From the NCBI GenBank assembly GCA_024638565.1, contig JAHEKC010000003.1:1285-65284 (forward strand): a stretch of 64,000 bases of DNA. Direction: 5' to 3'. Shown piece by piece: positions 31,128-41,977 of the stretch (within the stretch, counting starts at the first letter, position 1; each line of letters begins with the position of its first letter). The notes beneath the pieces were generated by a model. It saw only the letters and a program-made list of their open reading frames with translations, was not told where the DNA came from and did no database searches. Source of the DNA: Bacteroidota bacterium. GTDB lineage: Bacteria > Bacteroidota > Bacteroidia > AKYH767-A > OLB10. The position numbers and the translations under genes are program-made.

Positions 31128-31211
31128 CTGCTTTTTCGGGAAAGATAAAGATATTGGGTCACCCGGCCGCTGACAATACGTGGCCAGGGATTTCGAAGCC
31201 GCGGGAAAGAA

Positions 31212-31718
31212 TCAGTAGAATGACGCGCTAATCACGGGCTTTAACCGGTAGTCGCCATTGCCTTCTTCTATGATCGAAACCGAAGCATCAAAGTCGATCA
31301 CCAGGGTATGGGTTTGTCCGCCTACGACATCATAGTTCACCGTGCGCTTCAGCCCGGTTTCATCCTGGCTGGAAAGCTGGAGGGGATGAGAGGTGCCATC
31401 CACGACCACGCGGTTGTCCGAACCGAGGATCAGCCTGAACTGGGTCAGCTTACCGGCAGGTAGCGTGGTGGTGTCCAATACGGCTGTCGCGTTATTCTGC
31501 AGCAACAGCAGGTCGTACACCTTGTCGGGCACATCGGCTGTCATCCATCCCGACCCGGCCGTATGCAGGGCCACGGCGACCACCTCTACAAGTACGGAAT
31601 CATAATCCGCCGGGGCGTCCGTGATCTGGAGGATGAGACGGCTTTCGCTTTCCCTGCTTTGCTGGCAGGCAGCGAACAACAGTACGGCAAATGCCAACAG
31701 TAGGATGCGGTTTTTCAT
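31212..31718 (-). CDS. DUF4382-like lipoprotein.
   Basis: Lipoprotein signal MKNRILLLAFAVLLFAAC, then ...LQITDAPADYDSVLVEVVAV... Confidence 0.55.
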   Translation of the reverse strand: MKNRILLLAFAVLLFAACQQSRESESRLILQITDAPADYDSVLVEVVAVALHTAGSGWMTADVPDKVYDLLLLQNNATAVLDTTTLPAGKLTQFRLILGSDNRVVVDGTSHPLQLSSQDETGLKRTVNYDVVGGQTHTLVIDFDASVSIIEEGNGDYRLKPVISASFY

Positions 31719-31775
31719 GCGCCTAAAATAGGAAAATCGTGAATGGAGCGTCCGGGGTTCCGGAAAACTTATCGA

Positions 31776-32642
31776 CTACCCGAGGTAGGATTTCAGGATC
31801 CGGCTTCGCGAGGTATGCTTCAGCCGGCGGATGGCTTTCTCCTTGATCTGGCGTACCCTTTCACGGGTCAGCTCGAATCGTTCCCCGATCTCCTCCAGCG
31901 TCTTAGCTGGCGTGCCGTTCTCCAGGCCATAGTACAGGCGGATCACATCCGCCTCGCGGGGGGTGAGCGTGGTCAGGGCGCGTTCAATTTCCCGGCGCAG
32001 AGATTCGGTCATCAGCTGCGTTTCGGGCGACCGTTCCTCATCGCCGGGCATGAGGTCCAGCAGGCTTGAATCCTCGCCTGAAGGGAGGGGGGCATCCATC
32101 GATACATGGCGGCCGGAGCCCCGCATGGTATCACGGACGTCATCAGCTGAGATGCCGAGTACGACCGAGATCTCCTCGTTGGTGGGTTCGCGTTCGAAGT
32201 CCTGCTCCAGCTCGTTGAATGCGCGGTTGATCTTGTTTATATAGCCGATCTTGTTCAGCGGCAGGCGAACGATGCGTGATTGCTCGGCCAGGGCCTGGAG
32301 GATGGACTGCCTGATCCACCAGACGGCGTACGAGATGAATTTGAAACCACGTGTTTCATCGAACCGCTGTGCGGCCTTGATCAGTCCCAGGTTTCCCTCG
32401 TTGATCAGGTCGCCCAGGGTCAGCCCCTGGTTCTGGTATTGCTTCGCCACGGATACGACGAAGCGGAGGTTGGCTTTGCACAATGCCTCGAGCGCCGAGT
32501 GGTCGCCTTCCCTGATCTTTCGGGCCAGCCGGGCCTCGTCTTCAGGGGTGATCAGTTGAACTTTGCCGATCTCTGAAAGGTACTTGTCCAGGGATGCCGT
32601 CTCGCGGTTCGTTACCTGCTTGGTGATCTTTAATTGTCGCAT
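31776..32642 (-). CDS. rpoD: RNA polymerase primary sigma factor (short, Bacteroidota-type sigma-70).
   Basis: [35 protein letters not shown]...[10 protein letters not shown]...[29 protein letters not shown]. Confidence 0.9.
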   Translation of the reverse strand: MRQLKITKQVTNRETASLDKYLSEIGKVQLITPEDEARLARKIREGDHSALEALCKANLRFVVSVAKQYQNQGLTLGDLINEGNLGLIKAAQRFDETRGFKFISYAVWWIRQSILQALAEQSRIVRLPLNKIGYINKINRAFNELEQDFEREPTNEEISVVLGISADDVRDTMRGSGRHVSMDAPLPSGEDSSLLDLMPGDEERSPETQLMTESLRREIERALTTLTPREADVIRLYYGLENGTPAKTLEEIGERFELTRERVRQIKEKAIRRLKHTSRSRILKSYLG

Positions 32643-33067
32643 TTTCTATATGTATGGTAGCTGTAACGGCCCCTCCCGGATGTAGTTTCAGAAAAACATC
32701 ACTCACAGGCAGTTGTGTAAGAATGGGAGGGAATTGACCTTTCAGGCGGACCATTTTGCAAGCACCCTGTAAGAATTCCATAAAAAACTGGTAAAGGGAA
32801 GGTTAGCTAATCTCCGAAATGTATCAACGGAGGTTTACCTCAGGAGCAGAATAGTGTGGGAATCTCATGCTATTCCAATTCGTTATTTCGAGCGGTGATG
32901 CAGGAACCCGTGCGGCAATCCCGCACTATGAAATAACTGGTCCAACATGAATCTCCACCGCAAGAGATCGCGTGGCTTCGGCCGGGACTTGCGATGACGT
33001 CGCTGATGTCGGGATTGTTTTGTCAGCCTTTCCCTGGCGGTCAGGGCCGTTTCGCAATAACGGCATT

Positions 33068-33097
33068 CACTTCCACTGCCGCTGCTGACTGCCGCTT
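33068..33097. repeat. ACTGCC-type hexamer repeat (cttccactgccgctgctgactgccgcttg).
   Basis: Seen in the sequence. It shares the 3' flank CTTGTAAAA with the copy at 51547. Confidence 0.5.
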
Positions 33098-33144
33098 GTA
33101 AAAAGAAGCTGTATGATTCGTAAAAGCCAGGATTACCCTGAAAA

Positions 33145-35346
33145 CTAGTTCTCCTTAACCTCAGGCTTCCGGCGCTGGTGCCGGCGGTTGCCGCCACCCT
33201 TGCCACCGCGTTCGCGGTCGGGCATGCCCTCGGGCTTCGGAAGCAGCGCCTTCCGGGAAAGCTTCAGCTTACCGGTTTTCGCGTCGACGTCGATAAGTTT
33301 GACCTTGACCATGTCGCCTTCCTTGAGCTTGTCTTCGACCTTCTCCGTGCGTTCCCAGTCGATCTCCGAGATGTGCAGCAGCCCGTCCTTGTTGGGCATG
33401 ATCTCGATAAAGGCGCCGAATGGCATGATGCTCTTGACCGGTCCCTCGTATTCCGTACCGACTTCCGGCACCGCGACAATGGCTTTGATCTTGGCCTTGC
33501 ACTCGTCAATGCTCTTCTTGTCGGGGGATGCGATCTGGATGATGCCTTCGTTGCCTACCTCTTCGATAGAGATCGTGGTATTGGTTTCACGCTGCAGCGC
33601 CTGGATGATCTTGCCGCCCGGGCCGATCACGGCACCGATATATTCCTGGTCGATGCGCATGCTTTCGATCCGCGGGGTATGCGGCTTGTAGTCGTCGGCC
33701 GGTTTCGAGATGACCTTATCCATCTCATCGAGGATATGCAGCCTGCCGGCGCGTGCCTGCTCGAGCGCTTTCATAAGCACGTCGTATGGGAGGCCTTCCA
33801 CCTTGAGGTCCATCTGGCAGGCGCAGATGCCGTTCCGCGTACCGGTGACCTTGAAGTCCATATCGCCCAGGTGATCCTCGTCGCCCAGGATATCGCTTAG
33901 CACGGTGAACTTACCCTTGCCGTCTGAGATCAGGCCCATGGCAATGCCGGCCACGGCACTTTTGGTCTTCACGCCGGAATCCATCAGTGCGAGCGAGCCC
34001 GCGCAGACTGTTGCCATGGAAGAGCTTCCGTTCGATTCCAGGATGTCACTGACGATCCGGATGGTGTACGGGTTGTCGTCAGGGTTAGGGAATACTTTCT
34101 TGAGCGAGCGCATGGCCAGGTTGCCATGTCCCACCTCACGCCTTCCCACGCCGCGAAGCGGGCGGGCCTCTCCGGTGGAGAATGGCGGGAAGTTATAATG
34201 CAGTAAAAACTTGTTGGTGCCGTCGAACATGGCGCCGTCGATAATCTGTTCGTCCAGTTTGGTACCCAGCGTGACGGTAGTCAGCGCCTGGGTCTCACCC
34301 CGGGTGAAGACGGCTGAGCCGTGTGTGCTGGACAGGTAGTTGACCTCGCACCAGATGGGACGGATCTCGTCCAGCCTGCGGCCGTCGAGTCGTGCGTCTT
34401 CCTTCAGGTACATGTCACGCACGGCCTTGTATTCCACGTCGTGGTAATATTTCCGTACCAGTTCTTCCTTCTCTTCCCGTGTTTCTTCCGGCATGGCTTC
34501 GAGAAACTCATCACGGATCTTTTTGAAAGCTTCCGAGCGCTCATGCTTGTTCGGGTTGCGGCTGTTGGCCACTGCATAGACCTTGTCGTACAGTTTGTCC
34601 ACCTCAGCGCGCAGGGCTTCGTCATTCTCCTCGTGGTGGTATTCACGCTTTTCCTTCCTGCCAACCATGTCAGCCAGTTCGAGCTGGGCTTTGCATTGCT
34701 GCTTGATAGCCTCATGGGCGAACTTGATGGCCTCCAGCATGTCGGCTTCTGACGCTTCATTCATTTCCCCTTCTACCATCACCACATTTTCCAGTGTCCC
34801 GGCCACGATCAGATCGATTTCGAGGTTTTCAAAATCCTCCACCGCGGGATGGATTACCAGCTTGCCGTCGAGCTTTCCTACCCGCACTTCGCTCACGGGT
34901 CCCCCGAATGGAATGTCGCTTACCGCGATGGCGGACGAAGCGGCCAGGCAGGCCAGCGCGTCAGGGGCCACGTTCTTGTCAGCGTTGATCAGGTTCACTA
35001 TTACCTGTGTGTCCCCGTGATAGTCATCCGGAAACAGGGGCCGCAGTGCCCGGTCGATCAGGCGACAGATAAGGATTTCGTATTCGGACGGACGTGCTTC
35101 GCGTTTGAAAAACCCTCCGGGGAAGCGTCCCACGGAAGCATATTTTTCCTGGTAATCCACGGTCAGCGGGAGGAAATCGATCCCTTCGCGGGGCTCCTTG
35201 TTGGATACTACGGATGCGAGGAGCATGCATTCTCCCATGCGGACTAACACGGAGCCGTCTGCCTGCTTGGCCAGTTTCCCGGTTTCGATGGAAATTTCCC
35301 GACCGTCGTCGAGCTTAAATGTTTTTACAATGGGTGTCTTTGACAT
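33145..35346 (-). CDS. pnp: Polyribonucleotide nucleotidyltransferase (PNPase).
   Basis: A 733-aa protein with two RNase PH-like domains, KH and S1 domains, and a basic C-terminal tail. Confidence 0.95.
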   Translation of the reverse strand: MSKTPIVKTFKLDDGREISIETGKLAKQADGSVLVRMGECMLLASVVSNKEPREGIDFLPLTVDYQEKYASVGRFPGGFFKREARPSEYEILICRLIDRALRPLFPDDYHGDTQVIVNLINADKNVAPDALACLAASSAIAVSDIPFGGPVSEVRVGKLDGKLVIHPAVEDFENLEIDLIVAGTLENVVMVEGEMNEASEADMLEAIKFAHEAIKQQCKAQLELADMVGRKEKREYHHEENDEALRAEVDKLYDKVYAVANSRNPNKHERSEAFKKIRDEFLEAMPEETREEKEELVRKYYHDVEYKAVRDMYLKEDARLDGRRLDEIRPIWCEVNYLSSTHGSAVFTRGETQALTTVTLGTKLDEQIIDGAMFDGTNKFLLHYNFPPFSTGEARPLRGVGRREVGHGNLAMRSLKKVFPNPDDNPYTIRIVSDILESNGSSSMATVCAGSLALMDSGVKTKSAVAGIAMGLISDGKGKFTVLSDILGDEDHLGDMDFKVTGTRNGICACQMDLKVEGLPYDVLMKALEQARAGRLHILDEMDKVISKPADDYKPHTPRIESMRIDQEYIGAVIGPGGKIIQALQRETNTTISIEEVGNEGIIQIASPDKKSIDECKAKIKAIVAVPEVGTEYEGPVKSIMPFGAFIEIMPNKDGLLHISEIDWERTEKVEDKLKEGDMVKVKLIDVDAKTGKLKLSRKALLPKPEGMPDRERGGKGGGNRRHQRRKPEVKEN

Positions 35347-35396
35347 GTGATTCTTAATGTTGGGCCGGCTTTTTCGGGTTTGCCGTGAGCCGGGAA

Positions 35397-35424
35397 ATGA
35401 AAAAAGGCAATGGGATATTGCCTT
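35397..35424 (-). terminator. Hairpin plus U-tract between rpsO and pnp (rpsO terminator / pnp leader structure).
   Basis: On the minus strand: AGGCAAT-atccc-ATTGCCT followed by TTTTTTC. A second GC-rich hairpin (gccggc...gccggc) lies just downstream at ~35362..35392. Confidence 0.45.
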
Positions 35425-35436
35425 TAAGTTGTTAAT

Positions 35437-35706
35437 TTATTTTCTGATCCGGAGTTCGGAGATAATCTTCCTGTAACGGGTGATATCTTTTTTCATGAGA
35501 AAATCGAGCAAACTCCTGCGCTTGCCCACCAGCCGGATCAGGGAACGCTCTGTGGCCTTGTCCTTGGGTTGCTCTTTCATGTGCTGGGTCATTTCGGTGA
35601 TACGCTGGGTAAAGAGCGCGATCTGCGACTCTGCCCGGCCCGTATCCTTTTCCGACTGCCCGTGCTTGGCAAACAATTCTTTTTTCTTTTCTGCGGTTAA
35701 CGACAT
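35437..35706 (-). CDS. rpsO: 30S ribosomal protein S15.
   Basis: MSLTAEKKKELFAKHGQSEKDTG...LVGKRRSLLDFL. A candidate -7 box caaagata lies at 35750..35757. Confidence 0.95.
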   Translation of the reverse strand: MSLTAEKKKELFAKHGQSEKDTGRAESQIALFTQRITEMTQHMKEQPKDKATERSLIRLVGKRRSLLDFLMKKDITRYRKIISELRIRK

Positions 35707-35871
35707 GTAGGTAAGGGTAAAGGAGTATTGACTGTATTTAAATGGTCGGCAAAGATAGCGTTCCGCGCGGTCAATTCAAACCCCTGAAAACGTTAGGCAT
35801 GAAGCGCTTGTGATAATTGCCGTATCACGCTGCGGGAATGGGATGCCCATAACCTGATCCGCCGGGCACCC

Positions 35872-36714
35872 TCAGCCTTTCATCAGCTCCAGCAATAATG
35901 AAAGCCTGGATTTCAGCTCCTTGCGATGGATTATGAAATCCAGGAAGCCATGCTCAAGCAGAAATTCCGAGGTCTGGAAGCCCTTGGGCAGGTCTTTCTT
36001 GATGGTCTCTTTCACGACCCGCGGACCCGCGAAGCCGATCAGGGCACCGGGTTCCGCAATATTAAAATCGCCCAGCATCGCAAAGGAAGCGGTCACGCCC
36101 CCGGTCGTGGGGTCCGTCATCAGCGAGACGTATGGGATACCGGCGTCTGACAACAGGGTCAGCTTGGCCGAGACCTTTGCCATCTGCATCAGCGAAAAGG
36201 CGGCCTCCATCATGCGGGCGCCCCCGGATTTGGATATGATCAGCAGCGGTAACCGGTTTTCGATGCAATGGTCAATGGCCCGGGCTATTTTTTCCCCCAT
36301 GACTGCACCCATGGAGCCACCGATAAAGGTAAAGTCCATACATGCCACCATGAGGTCGTGACCGTCCACCTTGCCGTAAGCGGTTCGGATGCTGTCATTC
36401 AGCCCGGTCTTCTTGCGTGAATTGACCAGCCGGTCCGCGTAACTTTTCGTATCCACGAAGCCGAGCGGATCACCGGCCAGCAGACTGGCATTAATCTCCG
36501 TTGGCTCATCATCGAAAAGGATGCCGAAGTATTCCCGGGAACCGATGCGTTCATGATAATCGCAATGCGCACAGACATACAGGGCTTCCGCATGCTCGGT
36601 GGTGGAGATCATCTTTTTGCACTTGCCACACCGGTACCAGAGCCCTTCAGGAGTCTCCTTCTTTTCCTTGGTGGAGGTGGTGATGCCGCCTTTGATTCGC
36701 TTGAACCAGGACAT
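35872..36714 (-). CDS. accD: Acetyl-CoA carboxylase carboxyltransferase beta subunit.
   Basis: Zn ribbon CGKCKKM...CAHCDYH, then the carboxyltransferase domain. The likely start is MSWFKRIK at 36714, within ORF 35872..36798. Confidence 0.85.
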   Translation of the reverse strand: MSWFKRIKGGITTSTKEKKETPEGLWYRCGKCKKMISTTEHAEALYVCAHCDYHERIGSREYFGILFDDEPTEINASLLAGDPLGFVDTKSYADRLVNSRKKTGLNDSIRTAYGKVDGHDLMVACMDFTFIGGSMGAVMGEKIARAIDHCIENRLPLLIISKSGGARMMEAAFSLMQMAKVSAKLTLLSDAGIPYVSLMTDPTTGGVTASFAMLGDFNIAEPGALIGFAGPRVVKETIKKDLPKGFQTSEFLLEHGFLDFIIHRKELKSRLSLLLELMKG

Positions 36715-36751
36715 GGATGGTTGTGTTTGGCTTTCCGGATTTCCGGCAGCC

Positions 36752-37810
36752 CTAGGCCAGGGTGATCTTCTTTTCCAGGTAGACATCCTGGATCGCATTC
36801 AGCATGTGGATACCTTCCTTAAACGGCTTTTGGAATGCCTTGCGGCCGGAGATGAGTCCCTGCCCGCCGGCGCGCTTGTTGATGACGGCGGTGGCTACCG
36901 CTTCGGCCATGTCACTGGCGCCTTTCGATTCGCCCCCGGAATTGATTAGTCCCGCGCGGCCCATGTAACAGTTGGCGACCTGGTACCGGCACAGGTCGAT
37001 CGGGTGGTCACTCGTCAGTGATTCGTAAACTTTCTTATGTGTCTTGCCGAACTTGATGGCCGTGTATCCGCCGTTGCTTGCAGGCAGTTTCTGTTTGATG
37101 ATATCCGCCTGGATAGTCACGCCCAAATGGTTGGCCTGCCCGGTAAGGTCGGCCGCCGCATGGTAATCCTTGCCATCCTTCTTGAACCCCGGGTTGCGCA
37201 GGTAACACCATAAGATAGTGGCCATGCCCAGTTCATGCGCGCGTGCAAAGGCCCTGGCGACCTCCGTAATCTGCCGGGACGACTCCTCTGATCCGTAATA
37301 GATGGTTGCGCCCACGGCCGCGGCTCCCATATTCCAGGCGTCTTCTACACGGCCGAAGAACACCTGGTCATAAGTGTTCGGATAGGTCAGGAACTCGTTA
37401 TGGTTTAGCTTGACGATAAACGGGACCTTATGCGCGTACTTGCGTGAGACCGCGGACAGCACACCGAAGGTGGAAGCAACCGCATTGCAGCCGCCTTCGA
37501 TGGCCAGCCGGACAATGTTTTCCGGGTCGAAAAACATGGGGTTGGGAGCGAAGGATGCACCTCCTGAATGTTCCACGCCCTGGTCGACAGGCAGGATGCT
37601 GACATAACCTGTTCCGCCAAGCCTTCCGTTCCCGTAGATTGCATTCAGGTTCCGCAGGACCTTGTTGTTGCGACCTGACTGTGCAAAGATACGGTCAACG
37701 AAGTCCGGTCCCGGTGCATGCAGCTGGTCTGCCGGAATGGTCTTGCAACGGTGTTCCAGCAACTCACCCGCGCGTTCGCCGAGAAGTGATGTGATCTGAT
37801 CCAATGCCAT
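36752..37810 (-). CDS. fbaB: Class I fructose-bisphosphate aldolase (FbaB/DhnA type).
   Basis: A 352-aa protein: ...[20 protein letters not shown]...FIVKLNHNE... Confidence 0.8.
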   Translation of the reverse strand: MALDQITSLLGERAGELLEHRCKTIPADQLHAPGPDFVDRIFAQSGRNNKVLRNLNAIYGNGRLGGTGYVSILPVDQGVEHSGGASFAPNPMFFDPENIVRLAIEGGCNAVASTFGVLSAVSRKYAHKVPFIVKLNHNEFLTYPNTYDQVFFGRVEDAWNMGAAAVGATIYYGSEESSRQITEVARAFARAHELGMATILWCYLRNPGFKKDGKDYHAAADLTGQANHLGVTIQADIIKQKLPASNGGYTAIKFGKTHKKVYESLTSDHPIDLCRYQVANCYMGRAGLINSGGESKGASDMAEAVATAVINKRAGGQGLISGRKAFQKPFKEGIHMLNAIQDVYLEKKITLA

Positions 37811-37913
37811 AGGGGAATTCGATTTCTGGTTTAATTCTGATGAAAAGCAAAATTAAGGATGCGCGACAAACCTACTGGTTTTTTTTTCAAATACAGCAGG
37901 CGGATAATAAGGC

Positions 37914-38246
37914 CTACAGGGCAGGCAGTGCGCCTGACATCACCAGAAGGTACTTCAGTATCATGTCGCTTTCCGTTGAATCCAGCCTGGCCTCTTCCGC
38001 CATTTCCGGAAAAAGTTCCTCCCAGGCGTGTTCGGTATAAGCCATGGGTCGGTAAAGGGTGTGACACGAGCTGCAGTTAAGGATGTACATGCGGTGGCCT
38101 TCCGCCAGCTCCCTGTCGCCGTAACCCGGCCATCGCGCGGAAGCGCGGACCGCATCCTCGGCAGTGGGGGCCGGCAGCTGAACGGCACAGGCGGCGGACA
38201 CCATCAACAAGGCCACCAGGAAAGTCTTTGGAAGGGAAACGCGCAT
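37914..38246 (-). CDS. Small secreted/lipo-protein with a CxxCH motif (putative haem c-binding).
   Basis: The likely start is ATG 38246 (MRVSLPKTFLVALLMVSAACAVQ...), 4 nt after the stop of the upstream OMP gene. It contains ...ILNCSSCHTLY..., the only Cys pair. Confidence 0.45.
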   Translation of the reverse strand: MRVSLPKTFLVALLMVSAACAVQLPAPTAEDAVRASARWPGYGDRELAEGHRMYILNCSSCHTLYRPMAYTEHAWEELFPEMAEEARLDSTESDMILKYLLVMSGALPAL

Positions 38247-38250
38247 GGGA

Positions 38251-39063
38251 TCAGAATACGTATGCGAACAGCAGCCGGATGTCGTACTTTTCGTTATGAT
38301 GCAGTTCAAGGCTTTCGCCCGATGACGACTTCAGGTCTGTAATCTGCGGCATGACATTCAGGATCAGCCACCATGACTTGGCGGCATGGTAGGAGAAGGT
38401 AGGCCCCGCATACAATGCGGAGTATTCCCATTCACCCTTTTCGAATGCGTTGCGGTTCTCCACCTCGACGCCAAGACCGAATCCCTTTTTGGATAGGTGC
38501 ATGTAAGCGAGTTCGATATTTAGCTTGTTCTCCTCATTCTCGTATTCCGTTTCCTGTTTCTCGGATTCGTACTCGGGTTCAAATTCGGCCTCACCCACGA
38601 TATTCATGGCAAAGAGTTCGTCACCGATGCGTTTGTCGAGGATGATCTTGGCTTCCAGTTCGATTTCAGAAGTGGAGACGGTGTACTCGCCATATATGGC
38701 AGAACCCAGCCGGTTGGCGACCGGATCGCTGATCTTGTATTTCCATTCGTTTGAAAAGGAAATGCCCGTGGTGCCCGTTTTAACCGAGCCATCACCCTCC
38801 GGATCGAAATAGGATACCTGTCCGTAATTCAGGTAAAAGGCGGTCTGCAGCCTGTCCGTTACCCCGAACTCGAATTCGAACCGCTGGACCAGCTTGCTGT
38901 AGAAGTCATCCCGGCCAAAGCTGTAGGTCGACCACACCTCCAGGTCGAAATTTCCCTTGTTCAGCACATTGGATTGATAGGTGCGGGCAAAATTCCGGTC
39001 CTGGGCCGTTGCGGCTGAGAAAATAAACAGGGCGAGAAGGACGAGCAGGGCAGGGCGTGTCAT
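38251..39063 (-). CDS. Outer-membrane beta-barrel protein (hypothetical).
   Basis: Signal peptide MTRPALLVLLALFIFSAATAQ. Alternating amphipathic strands. The C-terminal ...RLLFAYVF is a terminal aromatic barrel signature. Confidence 0.55.
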   Translation of the reverse strand: MTRPALLVLLALFIFSAATAQDRNFARTYQSNVLNKGNFDLEVWSTYSFGRDDFYSKLVQRFEFEFGVTDRLQTAFYLNYGQVSYFDPEGDGSVKTGTTGISFSNEWKYKISDPVANRLGSAIYGEYTVSTSEIELEAKIILDKRIGDELFAMNIVGEAEFEPEYESEKQETEYENEENKLNIELAYMHLSKKGFGLGVEVENRNAFEKGEWEYSALYAGPTFSYHAAKSWWLILNVMPQITDLKSSSGESLELHHNEKYDIRLLFAYVF

Positions 39064-39213
39064 GTCAGGATTCAATTACAGGGTGATGGAAAATGGAATG
39101 CAAATTAACGATGTGTTGTATGAAAATACAACCCGGCCGGGGCCTGACTTTTGCCCGTAATGTGAATAAACCCCGGGATTAAAACCCGTGCGCAAACCTG
39201 TTGATATAAAAGG

Positions 39214-41076
39214 CTAGTAATCCTTGAATATCAGCAATCTGAAGTCATCCATATAAAATACTTCCTGCCGGTCATTCCAGACGAATGCTTTCACCACCGC
39301 ATGGTCCGGCAGCGGCCGGTCAAGGGTGACAACGGCATGGGCCCGGTGCCATTCGTCCGTCGTGCTTTGAAAATCACCAATTCTTCTTCCGTACCAGCTT
39401 ATATTTTCGCTGGCCGAATCCACGCTGAAGACGAGCTTGGCCCGAAGCGGGGCGTCCGAGCGGAACCTGGCCGACACGAAAACCTTCAACGGACTTTCTC
39501 CATGCAGGGCGTTGCCGCGCAGATCAAATCCGGGGCTGAATTCCACATTGACGAGGGTCCCGTTTCCCGTGGTGTCCCCAAGGGGCAACGTGGCATCGTA
39601 AGCCACCAGCACCGGCCCCTGGTGCAGGCTGTCCTTCCCGTAAAGGGTAATACCGCTATTGAAGTGGCTGGCCCGGGAAACGATAAACGGAAACTTCGCG
39701 CGGATGACGGCTTCAGTTTCCGGAAGGTCGTAGATATTGCTCCAGGCATGCATCAGATATGGTGTCGTCGAGCGATTCACGGCATCGGCCAGGTTGCGGA
39801 TCATCCCGTACTCGTTGCATTTATACAACTCGAATGGTACCGGTTCCCCTGCCCGGATGAAGTAATAATCCAGGTAATAGGGCGCATGAACGTTGGCGGT
39901 GCGTGTAATCCTGTGCGATCCGTATTCACTGTTATAGCGCAAAGTCTCTTCCGCCAGTTCCCGGAAGACTGCAAAATGCTGCGTGCTATAGTATTTGTTG
40001 GACACGGCTGTACTGTAACAGCCTGCCGCCAGGATCAGGATGACGAGAACCTGCAGCGCCTTCCGTGGCAGGCGCAGGAATGAACAGATGAATAGCAGTG
40101 CAAACCCGAAACCGAACAGCACCACGGAATATTGCAGCACGGGATTGACCCACACCGAGTAGGCATAACCTGCCAGGACCGGTACCAGGAACCACGCGGC
40201 CAGGATAAGGCTCCGGCGCCCGGTCTTTTCAAGCACAAATACATTTACCAGTGCCATGGCCGCCAGCAATAAGGCCAGTCCGCCGATCAAGAATGACCCG
40301 TTGAACGCATAACCCAGGTAATTGCCGAAGAAGGACGGATCGGGGGGACCCAGCCAACCGCCATCGCCGCCCAGGCCCCCTGTGCCCAGTTGATGCGACA
40401 GCACGCCCAGGTGCGGCAGGTACAGCAGCACGATGACCAGGCCGCACAGCAGGTACCCTTTCATCCTTTCACGCGGGGCTATCCATAGTCCGGCGAGGCA
40501 GATCAGTCCAGCGGTCAGCATGGCGAAGTAATGCGTGTACATGCTGGCACTCACGCCCAGAATGAACAACGCGTAGTCGGTCCAGCGTGGCCGCGATACC
40601 GTCCGGGAACTTCGGAACCGGTCCCGGAATATGCCCGACCAGCCCCAGGCGGCCACCAGGACGGTAAACAGTCCAATGCTGTACGGCCTTGCCAGCTGGC
40701 TGTACATGACCGGGTATTCAAGTACGGCCAGGAATGCAGCTGCGGTAAGCCCCGCACTCCGGCTGAACATCCTTTTGCCCAGCAGGAAAACGAGGTAAAC
40801 CGATGCCACGCCTGCCAGAACGAACGGCAGGCGCACCACCGTGGCTGAATTGCCTAACAGCCCTGTCCACCCATACAGGAATACCTGCACACCCGCGGGA
40901 TGCATATCGGGCTTCACCCCATTTTCGATCAGCATTCCCAGGTCATCAAACCGCAAGCGTGAAAGGGCGCTGAGTTCATCGTTGGAAAGAGACCATCCAT
41001 CGAAGTTATAAAGGCGCATCACGGCCGCCACTGCCAGGACCGCCCACAACAGTATTTTATTCCGGTGCTTCTTCAC
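39214..41076 (-). CDS. Glycosyltransferase family 39 (ArnT/PMT-like, lipid-linked sugar transferase).
   Basis: A 620-aa protein with ~12 N-terminal TM helices (…RLYNFDGWSLSNDE…PAGVQVFLYGW…), then a soluble C-terminal domain. Confidence 0.7.
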   Translation of the reverse strand: MKKHRNKILLWAVLAVAAVMRLYNFDGWSLSNDELSALSRLRFDDLGMLIENGVKPDMHPAGVQVFLYGWTGLLGNSATVVRLPFVLAGVASVYLVFLLGKRMFSRSAGLTAAAFLAVLEYPVMYSQLARPYSIGLFTVLVAAWGWSGIFRDRFRSSRTVSRPRWTDYALFILGVSASMYTHYFAMLTAGLICLAGLWIAPRERMKGYLLCGLVIVLLYLPHLGVLSHQLGTGGLGGDGGWLGPPDPSFFGNYLGYAFNGSFLIGGLALLLAAMALVNVFVLEKTGRRSLILAAWFLVPVLAGYAYSVWVNPVLQYSVVLFGFGFALLFICSFLRLPRKALQVLVILILAAGCYSTAVSNKYYSTQHFAVFRELAEETLRYNSEYGSHRITRTANVHAPYYLDYYFIRAGEPVPFELYKCNEYGMIRNLADAVNRSTTPYLMHAWSNIYDLPETEAVIRAKFPFIVSRASHFNSGITLYGKDSLHQGPVLVAYDATLPLGDTTGNGTLVNVEFSPGFDLRGNALHGESPLKVFVSARFRSDAPLRAKLVFSVDSASENISWYGRRIGDFQSTTDEWHRAHAVVTLDRPLPDHAVVKAFVWNDRQEVFYMDDFRLLIFKDY

Positions 41077-41195
41077 GGTAATATTTGTACGGGTTGAAAC
41101 GGCAAACCAGGTTGCCGGGAATGTTCAGGGCGCCATAACGTAACGGGAATGAAATTCCTGGCCGAGCCTGCACCAGTCCCTTGCTGAAACATATG

Positions 41196-41927
41196 CTATA
41201 CCTGCCGTTGCCTGCAGGCTTCGTAGAGGACGATCCCGGCGGCAACGGAAACATTTAACGAGGTGATGGTGCCGGGCATGGGAATACGCAGCGCGGCGTC
41301 AGCCATCTCCAGATAGGCAGGGGAGATGCCATCCTCTTCCGAACCCATGATAATGGCTGCAGGCGCGGACAGGTCCGCATCCTGCAGCAGATCTTTCCCC
41401 TGTTCCGTACAGGCATACAGGCGCAGACCGCTGTCGGCAAGAAAGCGGAGTGTCTCCTTCAATTTCGAAACGCGGGCAATCCGGATCTTGCTTATGGCGC
41501 CAGCTGAGGCCTTAACAGCTTCAGCCGTCACCGCCGCGGCACCCCGCGCAGGGATAATCACCAGGTCAGTACCGGCACAGGCCGCGCTCCGGCAGATGGC
41601 ACCGAAGTTGCCCACGTCGGTTATGCGGTCCAGCACAAGCACAAGCGGTACCTTCCCTTCCTCGAAAATGGCCGGGATCACACCCTCCACGGCATGGAAT
41701 GTAACGGGAGACATGTAGCAAATCACCCCCTGGTGGTTCTTGCCCGTGATCCTGTTCAGCTTTTCCACCGGCACCACCTTGTATACCAGGCCCCGTTCCC
41801 GAAGCACGGATCTCAGCTTCCCCACCTGGGGACCCTGCAGGCCTTGCTGGATAAATACGGTTTCAGGCTCCTTCCCGGATTCCAGGAATTCGATCACCGG
41901 GTGTATGCCGTAGATGTAGTTCTTCAA
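41196..41927 (-). CDS. rlmB: 23S rRNA (guanosine-2'-O)-methyltransferase RlmB (SpoU family).
   Basis: MKNYIYGIHPVIEFLESGK...VLVLDRITDVGNFGAICRSAACAGTDLVI. Confidence 0.85.
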   Translation of the reverse strand: MKNYIYGIHPVIEFLESGKEPETVFIQQGLQGPQVGKLRSVLRERGLVYKVVPVEKLNRITGKNHQGVICYMSPVTFHAVEGVIPAIFEEGKVPLVLVLDRITDVGNFGAICRSAACAGTDLVIIPARGAAAVTAEAVKASAGAISKIRIARVSKLKETLRFLADSGLRLYACTEQGKDLLQDADLSAPAAIIMGSEEDGISPAYLEMADAALRIPMPGTITSLNVSVAAGIVLYEACRQRQV

Positions 41928-41977
41928 ATGGCTTTTGCTTTCAATTTCCCAGGACGCTCAACCCGGACCTTTATGTC

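Noticed and set aside
32883-33206. 107-aa minus-strand ORF in the pnp-rpoD spacer.
   Set aside because: It overlaps the pnp 3' end. Arg/Ser-rich with no signal or motif. The region is better treated as non-coding.
33178-33900. 240-aa plus-strand ORF inside pnp, and many other ORFs of 60-170 aa nested in pnp, the GT39 gene, thrS and the MAM genes.
   Set aside because: They overlap strongly supported genes on the other strand or in another frame.
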